Assembly: GCA_046485165.1 (NCBI GenBank)
Contig: JAWOHM010000130.1
Span: forward strand, 1 to 41,286
Direction: 5' to 3'
Length of the DNA: 41,286 nucleotides
From: Thermoplasmata archaeon
GTDB lineage: Archaea > Thermoplasmatota > Thermoplasmata > SG8-5
Numbering within the stretch: the first letter of the stretch is position 1; each line of letters opens with the position of its first letter. Positions 1 through 9,906 of the stretch are shown here, piece by piece. A program made the translations under genes and the position numbers. The notes under the pieces are model-generated. The model worked only from the letters and a program-made list of their open reading frames with translations. It searched no databases and was not told the DNA's origin.

Positions 1-48
1 GGCGCATTCCCCTGGCGCGATAGCATATATGAAACAGAATCAGTGCCA

Positions 49-506
49 TAAACAATCAATAAGCAAACAATTGGTGAATGCGAGAACTGAATAAATCCAA
101 AAAGAAGCATTCGCCGTGGGTAGTCGATGACCAAACAATGAGTCCCAAAGCGTATGGCCGGTAATCGTCAATAAAGAAACGATGAGATTACCGGGTTACT
201 AAACATGCCTCGCCTGAATGCTACGACCTTCCGGTCTGCAGATGAAAGACGATGAAACACAGTTTAAAGCCATTCTGAAGGCGAGGCCGCAGGTGAGGAA
301 CTCACCGAGGACCTAGCCGATAGAAATTATACAACTGGCAATATCCCGAAGGGATTCGGCAAGGATTGTTTAGTTAAAGGCTCCCTTCGCTTTCTTCATG
401 TTTGTGGCAAACAGGAACTATGCTGGATGACCCATTTTAACCAATCAAATCATGTCATTCAGCATGAAACGGTAGAGGATGTCCCCAGTTGTAGCTGTGG
501 GGAGCC
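49..506 (+). ncRNA. Candidate large structured non-coding RNA or element
   Basis: No ORF. Many helices: TAAACAATC 49-57/GATTGTTTA 364-372; GGTGAATGC/GCATTCGCC; CCGGTAATC/GATTACCGG; GCCTCGCCT/AGGCGAGGC; GGTGAG/CTCACC; GCCGA/TCGGC; TGCTGGATGAC/GTCATTCAGCA; GGCTCCC 379-385/GGGAGCC 500-506. G-U pairs favour the + strand. Confidence 0.55.
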
Positions 507-2225
507 TCACTCCTCGCCGGTAAATCCGGAATCGTCGACCTCTTTCATGACCTTGTTCGGGTCCTTGTAGTATGCCGATACGTATTTGGCCACGTTCTTG
601 TAGCTGACATTGCGGCTCTTCAGATAGAGAAGCAGCTTTGTCCTGCGCTTGACCTCGCGCATCATCTCCCTCTGGTTCCAGCCCTTGGTCACGGCAATCT
701 CTTCGTAAATGTAGCTGTGGCCGCTGTAGTTGAACGTGTCATCCGCGGGATTCCATGTATAGACGGAATTCGATATCAATTCATTGTTGTCCGGGTCTAT
801 GCCCACTATCTCGGTGAGGGATTTCACGCGCCTGGTCATCTTCGTCCCCACTTTCACCTGGGCCTGGATGAGAACCATGTTGAGCGCGCTTATGAGGGCC
901 CTCGGCACCTCGATGGGCGGCTGCTCCATCCTGTGCACCATCGCCTGGACGCTCTCAGCGTGGAAAGTGGTGTAGGCGCTCTTTCCGGTGGCCATTGCCT
1001 GGAAAACGACATATGCTTCCGAACCCCTGACCTCACCGACCATCATGTACTGGGGGCGCTGCCTCAGCGCGGCGGTCAGAAGCTCGAACATGTCTATCTC
1101 TCCGGCCGCCTTCCCGGAGGCGTCCTTTCCTCCGAAACCGGCCCTGGTGAGCAGTGGCACCCAGTTCTCGTGGGGCAGGTTCAGTTCGCGCGTGTCTTCG
1201 ATGCTGACTATCTTCATCTGTGGCGGGATGAACAGCAGGACGGCGTTGAGAGTTGTCGTCTTGCCGCTGGCAGTGCCGCCGCACACAAGAATGGATTTGC
1301 CGTTCTCTATGCACAGCCAGAGGTAGGCCATCATGTCCAGGGACATGGTCTTGAAACGAATCATGTCCAGCGGCGTGAACGGATTCTCCCTGAAACGCCT
1401 GATAGTGAAGGACGAGCCGCGCTTGGTCACGTGGGTTCCCAGGGTGGCCTGCAATCTTGAACCGTCGGGAATTGTGGCGTCCAGCATCGGCTCGGCGACG
1501 GATATGTGCTTGCCGCAGCGCTGGGCCAGCCATACCACGAACCCGTCAAGCTCCTCGGAGGTTTTGAACCTCAGGTTTGACTGGATTGAGCCGTATTTCC
1601 TGTGAAACACGTAGAGCGGGACGTTCATGCCGTCGCAGGACAAGTCCTCAACCTGCACGTCTATCATGGTGACATCAATGGCCCCGTATCTGAGAAAATC
1701 CCGCAGGATATAATAAGCGACCCTCTCCTTGGAGATGGGATTCAGATTCACCCCCATATCGGACAGCATGCTGTCGATGCCCTTTCTGAGGTATGCCTCC
1801 TTCTCCTCATTGGCAGCATCCACCAACCGTTCCAGGGAATCCACGAGTGTCTCTTTCAGCACCTCGAGTATGTCTTCCTCTTCTTCCGTGAGGCGGGGCT
1901 CGATGACCTCATACAGGTAATCGTTGCCGATATTGTCGTATTTTATTCGGACATACGAGTATCCCTCGATAATTGGCGCTATCTCTATCTCCTGGATGTG
2001 TTTCTCAACTATCTTCGGGATGGTGGTCACGCCCTCCAGTATGCTCTTCTCCTCTGACTGGGAACCTTTCGGGGCAACCACCTTCATTGCCTTCTTTCCC
2101 TTGAGTTTCATCATGTAGGATTTCTTCAGGTTGTTCATGGCGCCCGGGCCTTTCTTCCTCACATCTAGTGCCTCGCCATCATCTTTTTCCTGCATCCGGG
2201 CCTCTTCCACAACGCTGTCAGCCAT
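507..2225 (-). CDS. Type II/IV secretion (pilus assembly) ATPase, FlaI/TadA family
   Basis: Walker A GGTASGKTT, Asp box IEDTRE, Walker B MMVGEVRG, His box TTFHA. ATG at 2225 chosen (GGTG SD-like); the ORF track starts at 2237. Confidence 0.93.
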   Translation of the reverse strand: MADSVVEEARMQEKDDGEALDVRKKGPGAMNNLKKSYMMKLKGKKAMKVVAPKGSQSEEKSILEGVTTIPKIVEKHIQEIEIAPIIEGYSYVRIKYDNIGNDYLYEVIEPRLTEEEEDILEVLKETLVDSLERLVDAANEEKEAYLRKGIDSMLSDMGVNLNPISKERVAYYILRDFLRYGAIDVTMIDVQVEDLSCDGMNVPLYVFHRKYGSIQSNLRFKTSEELDGFVVWLAQRCGKHISVAEPMLDATIPDGSRLQATLGTHVTKRGSSFTIRRFRENPFTPLDMIRFKTMSLDMMAYLWLCIENGKSILVCGGTASGKTTTLNAVLLFIPPQMKIVSIEDTRELNLPHENWVPLLTRAGFGGKDASGKAAGEIDMFELLTAALRQRPQYMMVGEVRGSEAYVVFQAMATGKSAYTTFHAESVQAMVHRMEQPPIEVPRALISALNMVLIQAQVKVGTKMTRRVKSLTEIVGIDPDNNELISNSVYTWNPADDTFNYSGHSYIYEEIAVTKGWNQREMMREVKRRTKLLLYLKSRNVSYKNVAKYVSAYYKDPNKVMKEVDDSGFTGEE

Positions 2226-2237
2226 TTTTTGCACCAC

Positions 2238-3305
2238 CTACACGAAAGTCAGGATCAAGAATCCCAGAATCAGCAGTATGACGCTGTGCCGCATGCCATC
2301 GGCTATGCTGCCCGTTTGAAGAACCCCTGCCATGATGCCATCTCCTATTGCGTGGGCCATGACCGCCAGGAAGAAACATATCTGGATGGCCGGAATGGCG
2401 GAAACATCCAAGGATGCCCCTCCAATGCCGCCCTCGATGCCCGCCGCCTCTGCGGCAGCGGCCACATTTGTGCCCGCAATCCTGATTTTCGGAAGGAAAG
2501 TGAGGTTCAGGATGATGATGGTCACCAGGAACACGAAGAACGATATGTAGATGACAGCGAGGTACGTGCTCATCTGCAGGTTGCGCTCTGCCTGGGAGTA
2601 CTGCTCTTCTTTCGTGTCGTGGGCCACCATGCTCAGGACGTCGGCAACGCTGCCGCCCGCATCGCTCGCCTTGACGACTATCGTGACCACCCTCCGCACC
2701 AGCGGTGTGTTGACCCTCTCCGAGAACAGCCTCAGCGTCTCCCCGGCCGGAACGCCCCATTCTATCTGGGCGGCCATCTTCTTTATCTCCGGCGTCAATT
2801 TTCCGTATCTTCCTGATGATGCGACGACTATGGCATCGGCAAGGGTCATGCCGAACCTTCCCGCCTCGGCGACATCCCTGAGGAAATCGGGAAGCCTCTT
2901 CTCGATGTCTTTTGTGTTCTGCTGCTTTTTTGAAGAGTAGAACGCATAAGGCCCAATCATTATTCCCAAGCCTATGAACACGAAATTGAGGAAACGTTGC
3001 ATGGGCGTTTGGCCTTGGTCCGGAATTCCATCCCCGTCGCTGTCATGCCCGTCGAACACATCTCCGGAGTCTATTATGCCGTTCTCGTTGGTGTCGATGC
3101 CGACAACCGTCGTATCCACGCCATTCACGGTGATGGTGCTTGTGGGTATCTGTCTCATGGACCAGTCGACCTGGTCGGTAAGGTTAAGGAGTGCAAAGAC
3201 AACGAACAGCGCGAGAACGGCCGCGCTGATTCCAAGGATTGCCCTGGTATAGTCGCGGTTCTTCTCCATCACGACCTTCTTCATCTCGTCCTTTGTCATT
3301 GCCAT
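2238..3305 (-). CDS. Type II secretion system F (TadC/FlaJ-like) platform protein
   Basis: LPDFLRDVAEAGRFGMTL...YGKLTPEI motif, multiple TM helices, lies between pilus ATPases. Confidence 0.9.
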   Translation of the reverse strand: MAMTKDEMKKVVMEKNRDYTRAILGISAAVLALFVVFALLNLTDQVDWSMRQIPTSTITVNGVDTTVVGIDTNENGIIDSGDVFDGHDSDGDGIPDQGQTPMQRFLNFVFIGLGIMIGPYAFYSSKKQQNTKDIEKRLPDFLRDVAEAGRFGMTLADAIVVASSGRYGKLTPEIKKMAAQIEWGVPAGETLRLFSERVNTPLVRRVVTIVVKASDAGGSVADVLSMVAHDTKEEQYSQAERNLQMSTYLAVIYISFFVFLVTIIILNLTFLPKIRIAGTNVAAAAEAAGIEGGIGGASLDVSAIPAIQICFFLAVMAHAIGDGIMAGVLQTGSIADGMRHSVILLILGFLILTFV

Positions 3306-3320
3306 GTTATCTTTCCTACC

Positions 3321-4337
3321 TTATGTTTCTTGACTGATGTTCCATACCACGAATATGAATCCGAACTGTGCCAGCGGAATCATCAGGCCCACCACCGCAT
3401 ACAGAATCATGAGCGTGTTGTCCGCGTTCCCGCCGATGATAGCCATGATGGCCAGAATGACCACAAGGAACAGCGGGAATGCGACCACTACCGTGACATA
3501 GCTCTCTCCGAGCATGGAAAGGGTTTCCATTGTGCTCTTGAGGGCAAGCTTGTTCTCCTTCTCGTACTCGGTGGCCTTCATCAGGAAGTACGGTTTGAGC
3601 TGTCCGCCGGAGGTGGATGTGGTAACCACCCCCTGCAAGAAATCCTGGAATTTCTGTGACGGCGAGCGGCCTGCGCCGCGTTTGATTGCCGTCAGAATGT
3701 CAATTCCCAGCAATTCGGTGTCCCTTGTTATCCACTCGGCTTCCTTCTGAATCTCGCCATAAACCGGTTGCCTGGACAGTTCCTTGAACACCATGTCGAC
3801 CGGCACGTTCGCGGACGCCATCGCCGAGATGAAACTCATGGCCGAGGATATCCTCTTGTCTATGTCGCGGCCCCTGGCCTTGGCCTTGCTGCCCGGCGAC
3901 CCCTTGAGCACGGTCATCGCCATGAAAGGCAGGCCGATGGGCATCACGACCGCCAGAAGGATTCCGATGATCATCAAATCAAGGAAGAGCGTAAATATAA
4001 TCGCTATCACGATCCCGGCCACTATGCCGCCTATTGCCAGTACGAGCGCGGTCATGTAGATGGTGGCCATGAATTCCTCCGGCCGAATCTTCATGTGGGC
4101 TTTCAGCAGGTTCTCCTCGAGCTCCTGGTCCTCGGTGTATTTGGCCTTGACACGCTTCCCCATGACGCGCCAGCTGAGTTCCTGGAACGATGTCAATTTG
4201 ATGTATTCCGGCACGGCGCCCTTCGGCAACCGGACCAGATGCGGCAGGTTAATCACATCCTCCCTGGACCTCTTGGTCCTGAGGTGGCGCCCCTTGGTCT
4301 CGAGCTTCTGGAACGTGTCCTGTGTCTCATGCGCCAA
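3321..4337 (-). CDS. Type II secretion system F (TadB/TadC-like) platform protein
   Basis: YGEI...GIDILTAI...SPSQKFQDFLQG motif, TM helices, operon context. Confidence 0.9.
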   Translation of the reverse strand: MAHETQDTFQKLETKGRHLRTKRSREDVINLPHLVRLPKGAVPEYIKLTSFQELSWRVMGKRVKAKYTEDQELEENLLKAHMKIRPEEFMATIYMTALVLAIGGIVAGIVIAIIFTLFLDLMIIGILLAVVMPIGLPFMAMTVLKGSPGSKAKARGRDIDKRISSAMSFISAMASANVPVDMVFKELSRQPVYGEIQKEAEWITRDTELLGIDILTAIKRGAGRSPSQKFQDFLQGVVTTSTSGGQLKPYFLMKATEYEKENKLALKSTMETLSMLGESYVTVVVAFPLFLVVILAIMAIIGGNADNTLMILYAVVGLMIPLAQFGFIFVVWNISQET

Positions 4338-6021
4338 TGCTCTCGCCTCCCTCTTTCATAAGCAATGACGCTTCCTCTACCCACCCCATCTCATCGCGTA
4401 TCTTCTGGATGGTTTCCATGGGCTCCTTGTAATAGGCAACGACCAGGTTGGAGATCTTCCTGAAATCCGTGATGTTTTTCTCCACCAGGTATTTGATGAT
4501 GTCCACGCGCCTCCTCATCTCGGCGTTCATCTCTTCGTGGGTCATGTTCTTCATCTCCATTATCTGGTCAAGGATGAAGCTGTGGCCCTTGTAAATGAAT
4601 CCGTCCGAACGCTGGTCCCACTCATAGACCATGTTGGTTATGACCTCGTTGGTCTCCGGTTCGAAACCGACAAGTTCGACAATCTGGACGATGCGCCGGA
4701 CTATGCTGTCGCCCACCCTCACATGCTTCTGGATTATGACGAAATTCAGCGAGGTCAACAGTATCCTGGGCGTGCTGATGGGCGGATTCTCAAGCCTGTT
4801 GATCATGCTCTTAACCGAGTCGGCGTGCATGGTGGAATATGTGGTGTGGCCAGTGGCCATGGCCTGGAACATGGTGGCGGTCTCCGCGCCCCTCACCTCT
4901 CCGACTATGATGTATTCGGGCCTTTGCCTCAAGGCAGCCCTGACAAGCTCGAACATGTTGATCTCGCCGGCAGCCTTTCCGCTCTTGTCGCGCTCCCCCA
5001 CGCCGGTCCTTGTGGTTCCCGGGATCCAGTTCTCGTGAGGCAGGTTGATCTCCCTGGTGTCCTCCATTGTGATGACCTTTGCGCCGGGTTTGATGAATAA
5101 TGCCAGCGCGTTCAGGGTGGCAGTCTTTCCGCTTGCGGTTCCGCCAGCAATTATCATGGATTGGCCGTGCTCGACCAGCATCCATGCGTAAGCCACCATC
5201 TCCGGGGATGCGGTGTTGTAGGTTATCAGTTCCACCGGCGTGAACGGCTTTTCCTTGTAACGCCTGATAGTGAATGATGAACCTCTTGTTGTAACTTCTG
5301 TCCCGTATGTTGCCTGGACCCTGTGCCCTTCCACGCTAGTGCCGTCCAGGATGGGCACGGACACGGAAACCTGTTTTCCGCAGCGCTGGCCCAGGTAGAT
5401 CACGAAACTGTTTAGGTCATGCTCCTCCACGAACTTCACGCTGGTTTTGATGGATTCGAACTTCTGGTGATATATGAAGAGCGGCACATTTGTCCCATCG
5501 CAAGAAATATCCTCGATGTACTGGTCGTTCATAAGCGGATCGACGGACGCGTAGCCAACGAAGTCCCTGGAAATGTAGTAGTGGATCTTCTCAACGGTTG
5601 CCGCTTCCAGGCGCATCTCCCTGCTCTTGATGAAACTGTCCACGCTCTTCTTCAGGTACTCGCTCTTGTCTTTTATGGCCATCTTTTCCAATTCGTATTC
5701 CAGCGTGCGTTCGAGCGAATCCTTGATGAGCTTGAGCACCTCTGTCTCGCTCTCGTTCAACGGCGGTTCGTGAATCTGGTATATATATTCAGAGTTGTTG
5801 TTGTCATACACGATTCTTGCATAGCTGTGTGGCTCCCTTATGCTGTATATCTCAATCTCATCAACACCGGGCTCTGTGATGTCCGGGATGGGGCATATCG
5901 GAGAGCCTTTCCCTTCCTTCCATTTCTGTTCAAGGGCCATGACCCCAACTGGAACCTTGACCTTGAGTGTCTGTGATTTTTTCTTCAGCATCTTCTGCAT
6001 CATAGACTCTTTCATGCTCAT
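4327..6021 (-). CDS. Type II/IV secretion (pilus assembly) ATPase, FlaI/TadA family
   Basis: GGTASGKTA, MEDTRE, IIVGEVRG, STMHA. GGAGG SD upstream of ATG 6021. Confidence 0.93.
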   Translation of the reverse strand: MSMKESMMQKMLKKKSQTLKVKVPVGVMALEQKWKEGKGSPICPIPDITEPGVDEIEIYSIREPHSYARIVYDNNNSEYIYQIHEPPLNESETEVLKLIKDSLERTLEYELEKMAIKDKSEYLKKSVDSFIKSREMRLEAATVEKIHYYISRDFVGYASVDPLMNDQYIEDISCDGTNVPLFIYHQKFESIKTSVKFVEEHDLNSFVIYLGQRCGKQVSVSVPILDGTSVEGHRVQATYGTEVTTRGSSFTIRRYKEKPFTPVELITYNTASPEMVAYAWMLVEHGQSMIIAGGTASGKTATLNALALFIKPGAKVITMEDTREINLPHENWIPGTTRTGVGERDKSGKAAGEINMFELVRAALRQRPEYIIVGEVRGAETATMFQAMATGHTTYSTMHADSVKSMINRLENPPISTPRILLTSLNFVIIQKHVRVGDSIVRRIVQIVELVGFEPETNEVITNMVYEWDQRSDGFIYKGHSFILDQIMEMKNMTHEEMNAEMRRRVDIIKYLVEKNITDFRKISNLVVAYYKEPMETIQKIRDEMGWVEEASLLMKEGGESIGA

Positions 6022-6032
6022 GGTCAATCCTC

Positions 6033-7052
6033 CTAAGTCGCCCCCATCTCTGCGGTCGAAATCTCGACGTAGGCCACGGTCAGCGTGAATCTGGCAATCG
6101 CTTCCGGCCTTATCCTCAGCACGATCTCGTAGAAATCGTCTATCGGGTCATTGTTTGGCAATTTGTTAAGTGTGATATTGTAATAACTCAGCGGCATCTC
6201 CCTAAGGATCTGGTTGAAGCTGGAATTCCATGCCGTTGGATACCATGTCCTTTGCTTTATGAAAAGAGAATCGTACGCAGCCAGACCCGCTTCTCCCGTC
6301 AGATTGGTGAACGTGGTCGTGGTCACGGACTTCAGTGTGGTCTGGACGCCCCTGGTGCCGAATCCCACGTAATTGGAATCCAGCCCCCTCATGTCCACCA
6401 AGGTGTATGATATGTCGTAGAGGTATGTTCCGTTGTTGCCGATGCCGACCAGGGTCGCCTTGAACTGCGGCATGGCCTTCATGTACTGACCGTCCGACTG
6501 CTTCAATATCAGGGCGTCGTTCTCATAAGCGAGTTCCTGGGGTATGTAGTATCTGTTGGCTACATACAGGCTGATGGAGCCGCCCGTCTCATATTTGACA
6601 TCATGGCTGATGGTGGCATTGGTCTTGAAACTGAAGCTCACGTTGTTGTAACTGTCCAACCGGCCGGTGGAGAGATAGCCGGGCGTGGGGGAGGCGAACA
6701 TGGGTATTCCCGGGGCGCCCAGTTTTATCGGGGAGAACATCTGCACGGGGGATGTGCCCTGTATGGTGCCGGCCAGTATCTGCAGGTCCACCGCCTGCTT
6801 GAGGGCGGCGAACTGGCCGTAGGCTTCACTCATGTGGCTGGCCTCGTTCTCCTCCATGTACACAGGAATGTATTGGCTCGTGAACATGGACAGGGCAGAA
6901 AGGAAGACCATCATGGCCATGATTGTGCCGACAGTGGATGCCACTCCGTCGTCGCCCCATCTTTTATGCGGCTTAAGTCGCAGAGTCTTTCCGGCTCCGG
7001 GGTTTGTTTCCGAGTTCAGTACGTTCCCTCGGGAAAAATGTGTTCTCATCAT
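6033..7052 (-). CDS. Pilin-like protein with class III signal peptide
   Basis: KRWGDDG/VASTVGTIMAMMVFLSAL resembles an archaeal prepilin cleavage site plus hydrophobic helix. First gene of the pilus operon. Start estimated at ATG 7052, downstream of a TATA-like run at ~7078-7089. Confidence 0.7.
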   Translation of the reverse strand: MMRTHFSRGNVLNSETNPGAGKTLRLKPHKRWGDDGVASTVGTIMAMMVFLSALSMFTSQYIPVYMEENEASHMSEAYGQFAALKQAVDLQILAGTIQGTSPVQMFSPIKLGAPGIPMFASPTPGYLSTGRLDSYNNVSFSFKTNATISHDVKYETGGSISLYVANRYYIPQELAYENDALILKQSDGQYMKAMPQFKATLVGIGNNGTYLYDISYTLVDMRGLDSNYVGFGTRGVQTTLKSVTTTTFTNLTGEAGLAAYDSLFIKQRTWYPTAWNSSFNQILREMPLSYYNITLNKLPNNDPIDDFYEIVLRIRPEAIARFTLTVAYVEISTAEMGAT

Positions 7053-7214
7053 CCTCTCGCTCCAATTAATGGCTTCAATATATATATAGCTGTCGCTGAT
7101 GAATCCCAGCCGGGAATTATTTAATCTCCCGGACAATTTCAATGGATTTTCGAATGAAATCTGCCATGTTTGACCAATCTTTATCTATTACCTGAGAGAT
7201 TCGTGACAGAAACC

Positions 7215-7868
7215 ATGAGAACCTGTGACCTTTGCGGGGCTGAAGTCCCGAAGGAGCTGGAGGCATGCTCCAGATGCGGCTTCGTTTTCCAGAAGGAGAT
7301 TCGGGCCGATGTAAGGGACAGGGCCATCCTGAAAGCGCATGCGGGCAAATCCGTGGATGCCGTGAACCGCGATATGAAGAATGCCCGGGCCCAGCTCTCA
7401 GCATATCTTGAGAACTTGAACGCAAAGAGCCTGTCGAAGGAAGAATTATCATCACTGCTGGACGATGCCCTCTCTTTTCTCCGGATTCCTCTTGAATTGG
7501 GTGTGGGGGACGAGCTCAGGTTCGATGCCCGGGAAAAGGAATTCATCTCCATGGTGGCCGGAAACCTTGAGCGCGCAGACCTGGAGAACGGCGGCCCGGT
7601 GGGGACCCCGGGAACATACATTCGGATCAGCAATGCCCTTCTGGCCATGGAAGAGCCGGATAGAGCAATGAGCATGATAGACAAGGCCCTGCTGCTCAAT
7701 CCCAGGGACAGCGCCGCCATGTTCTCAAGGGCCAAACTCCTTTTCTACGCCAAGAAATACGCGTTGGCCAAAAAATGCCTTGAGAAGATAGTTGCGGCCT
7801 GCGACCATGAGAATGCAAAATACCTCATCGAACTCATAGAACAGATGTCGCCGGGTAAGGGATTGTAG
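7215..7868 (+). CDS. Zinc-ribbon plus TPR protein
   Basis: N-terminal CDLC...CSRC; C-terminal TPR-like helices (IDKALLLNPRDSAAMFSRAKLL). Confidence 0.75.
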   Translation: MRTCDLCGAEVPKELEACSRCGFVFQKEIRADVRDRAILKAHAGKSVDAVNRDMKNARAQLSAYLENLNAKSLSKEELSSLLDDALSFLRIPLELGVGDELRFDAREKEFISMVAGNLERADLENGGPVGTPGTYIRISNALLAMEEPDRAMSMIDKALLLNPRDSAAMFSRAKLLFYAKKYALAKKCLEKIVAACDHENAKYLIELIEQMSPGKGL

Positions 7869-7957
7869 ATTGTAGATTTAACGGTGGCTGGCCGTCCTTA
7901 ACGGCCAGGCATAACGTGTCGTGGCATTGTATTGACACAAATCGAAAATCTAAAATT
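7861..7957 (+). repeat. Heptamer-flanked MITE-like repeat, copy A1
   Basis: GATTGTA tandem left end, CTGGCCGT-cctta-ACGGCCAG hairpin, AATCTAAAATT right end. Homologous to A2-A4. Confidence 0.8.
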
Positions 7958-9897
7958 CAACAGTAAATCCCATGGTCGCACAGATGCGATACCCGGCATT
8001 CGCGGCATCTTGGCTTTACTGGCGAACAGATGGTCTGGCCGTGCCTGACCATGAGCCGGTTCACATCCAGCCAGAGGTCCTTCGGCACTATCCGCGAAAG
8101 GCACTCCTCTGTTTCATCGGGCTCTTGGGTCCTGACCAGGCCCATCAGGTTGCTTATCCTGTGGACATGGGTGTCCACAGCAATCGCCGGTATGCCGAAC
8201 CCGTAGGCCAGCACGCAATTCGCAGTCTTCCTGCCCACGCCGGGCAGTGAGGTCAAACTCTCCAATCGGTCCGGCACTTTCGAGTTGAATGAGTCCCGCA
8301 GCATGGTGGCGGTCCGAATTATATTCATGGCCTTCTGCCTGTAGAATCCCGCAGGCCTTATCAAAGCCATGACCTCCTCCGGGTCGGCGCTTGCCAATTT
8401 CTCCGGGGTGTCGAAAACAGAGAACAGCGCCTCGGTGGCTACATGCGTGTTCTCGTCCTTGGTGCGCTGTGAAAGGATGGTCGAGATGAGCACCCTGAAA
8501 GGCTCCTGGGAACCTGGTGGCGGCGGCCCCCCCGTCTCCGGATCCCTGCCCGGATAGGCGCCGGGGCCGTGCAATTCGGAGAGTATCGTGACAATCTCCC
8601 TCATCCTCAGCATATCCAGGTGTTCCAGCGCATCAGCGGCCGTGAATATGGAACCGGTAATCAGAATGGTGCCTTCTTCCCCGGCAACGGCAAAGGCCCT
8701 GTCCACGGCCTCGCCCACGGAACCGATGACCTCCTTCCCCCCTGAGAATCTGGAAGCCAGGTCGGCAGCCTTCATGCGCCTCTCATAAGAGGATTCCGTC
8801 ACCAGGGACCGCGCAGCCAGCGGCTCCAGCAATTTTACCACCGGCCCGACCTCCTTGTCCTCCAGCATGGCAAACACCATCACAGGTTTTTCATCATGGA
8901 AATGTGTTTTGAGGAACGCGGCCAGGGTTTCTGCCCCTCCGGGATTGTGCGTGGCATCAAGTATCACGGTCGGCCTTCGCCTGACAACCTGCAGCCTGGC
9001 AGCCCACCTTGTCCTCTCCATGCCTCTAACTATATTCTCGGGTTTGACCGGGAAAATTCCGTGCGACAGCATCTCTGCCGCAACGATGGCCGTAGCCGCA
9101 TTGGTCGCCTGATGGGCGCCGGCGAGTTTGATGTGTATTTGTTCATATTTGTTGTTTTTGGTAATGGCCGAGATTGTTGTTTTCAGGGTTCCCGCATCTA
9201 GAATCCGAACCTCGCACTCCGCGCCCGATTCATGCAATTCCGAGCCTCTCTCTCGCGCCGCCGCTTCTATGACCTTTCTGGCCTCCGGCTCGGTGACGGC
9301 AGACACCACCGGAACGCCGGGCTTGATTATCCCGGCTTTCTCGAATGCAATCTTGCCGAGCGTATTGCCCAGATGCTGTGTGTGTTCCAGCGAGATGTTC
9401 GTTATCGCGCTGAGCACAGGCGCCAGCACATTGGTGGAATCCAGCCGTCCGCCCATACCCACCTCGATGACGGCCGCGTCAATCCCGCGCCTGGCAAAAT
9501 GCTGGAACGCCATGCAGGTCGTGGCCTCGAAGAACGTGCATTGTTTGCCTTTTACAGCTAGCTTTTCGATGCATGGCCTGATGCTCTCGATAGCCCGCAG
9601 AACCTCCGCCCTGGTCATGGGATAAGAGTCTATGCAGATGCGCTCCCCGAAATCCCTGAGATGCGGCGAAGTGTAGGTCCCGACCTTCAGCCCGGCGTCC
9701 ATCAGTATTCCGGTGAGAAATGCGCATACCGAGCCCTTGCCATTTGTGCCAGCAACATGGACGGCCCTCAATCTCTCGTGGGGGTTGCCCAGTTCGTCCA
9801 ACAATGCCCGTGTGTTGTCCAGGCCCAGCTTCATGCCGAAATACTGGAGGTCGTAAAGCCATTTGACGGCACTCCCATACGCTTCTGGATCTGTCAT
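7957..9897 (-). CDS. folC: Folylpolyglutamate/dihydrofolate synthase (FolC) fused to endonuclease III (Nth)
   Basis: FolC motifs HVAGTNGKGS, EVGMGGRLDSTN, DATHNP, ITGSIF. C-terminal Nth motifs ILSQRTKD, LPGVGRKTAN, AVDTHV, C-x6-C-x2-C-x5-C. Confidence 0.9.
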   Translation of the reverse strand: MTDPEAYGSAVKWLYDLQYFGMKLGLDNTRALLDELGNPHERLRAVHVAGTNGKGSVCAFLTGILMDAGLKVGTYTSPHLRDFGERICIDSYPMTRAEVLRAIESIRPCIEKLAVKGKQCTFFEATTCMAFQHFARRGIDAAVIEVGMGGRLDSTNVLAPVLSAITNISLEHTQHLGNTLGKIAFEKAGIIKPGVPVVSAVTEPEARKVIEAAARERGSELHESGAECEVRILDAGTLKTTISAITKNNKYEQIHIKLAGAHQATNAATAIVAAEMLSHGIFPVKPENIVRGMERTRWAARLQVVRRRPTVILDATHNPGGAETLAAFLKTHFHDEKPVMVFAMLEDKEVGPVVKLLEPLAARSLVTESSYERRMKAADLASRFSGGKEVIGSVGEAVDRAFAVAGEEGTILITGSIFTAADALEHLDMLRMREIVTILSELHGPGAYPGRDPETGGPPPPGSQEPFRVLISTILSQRTKDENTHVATEALFSVFDTPEKLASADPEEVMALIRPAGFYRQKAMNIIRTATMLRDSFNSKVPDRLESLTSLPGVGRKTANCVLAYGFGIPAIAVDTHVHRISNLMGLVRTQEPDETEECLSRIVPKDLWLDVNRLMVRHGQTICSPVKPRCRECRVSHLCDHGIYC

Positions 9898-9906
9898 GGC
9901 TTCCCC

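Noticed and set aside
49-506. RNase P RNA or hammerhead ribozyme
   Set aside because: GAGGAA is present but I cannot find the matching P4 3' strand, and there is no CUGANGA core.
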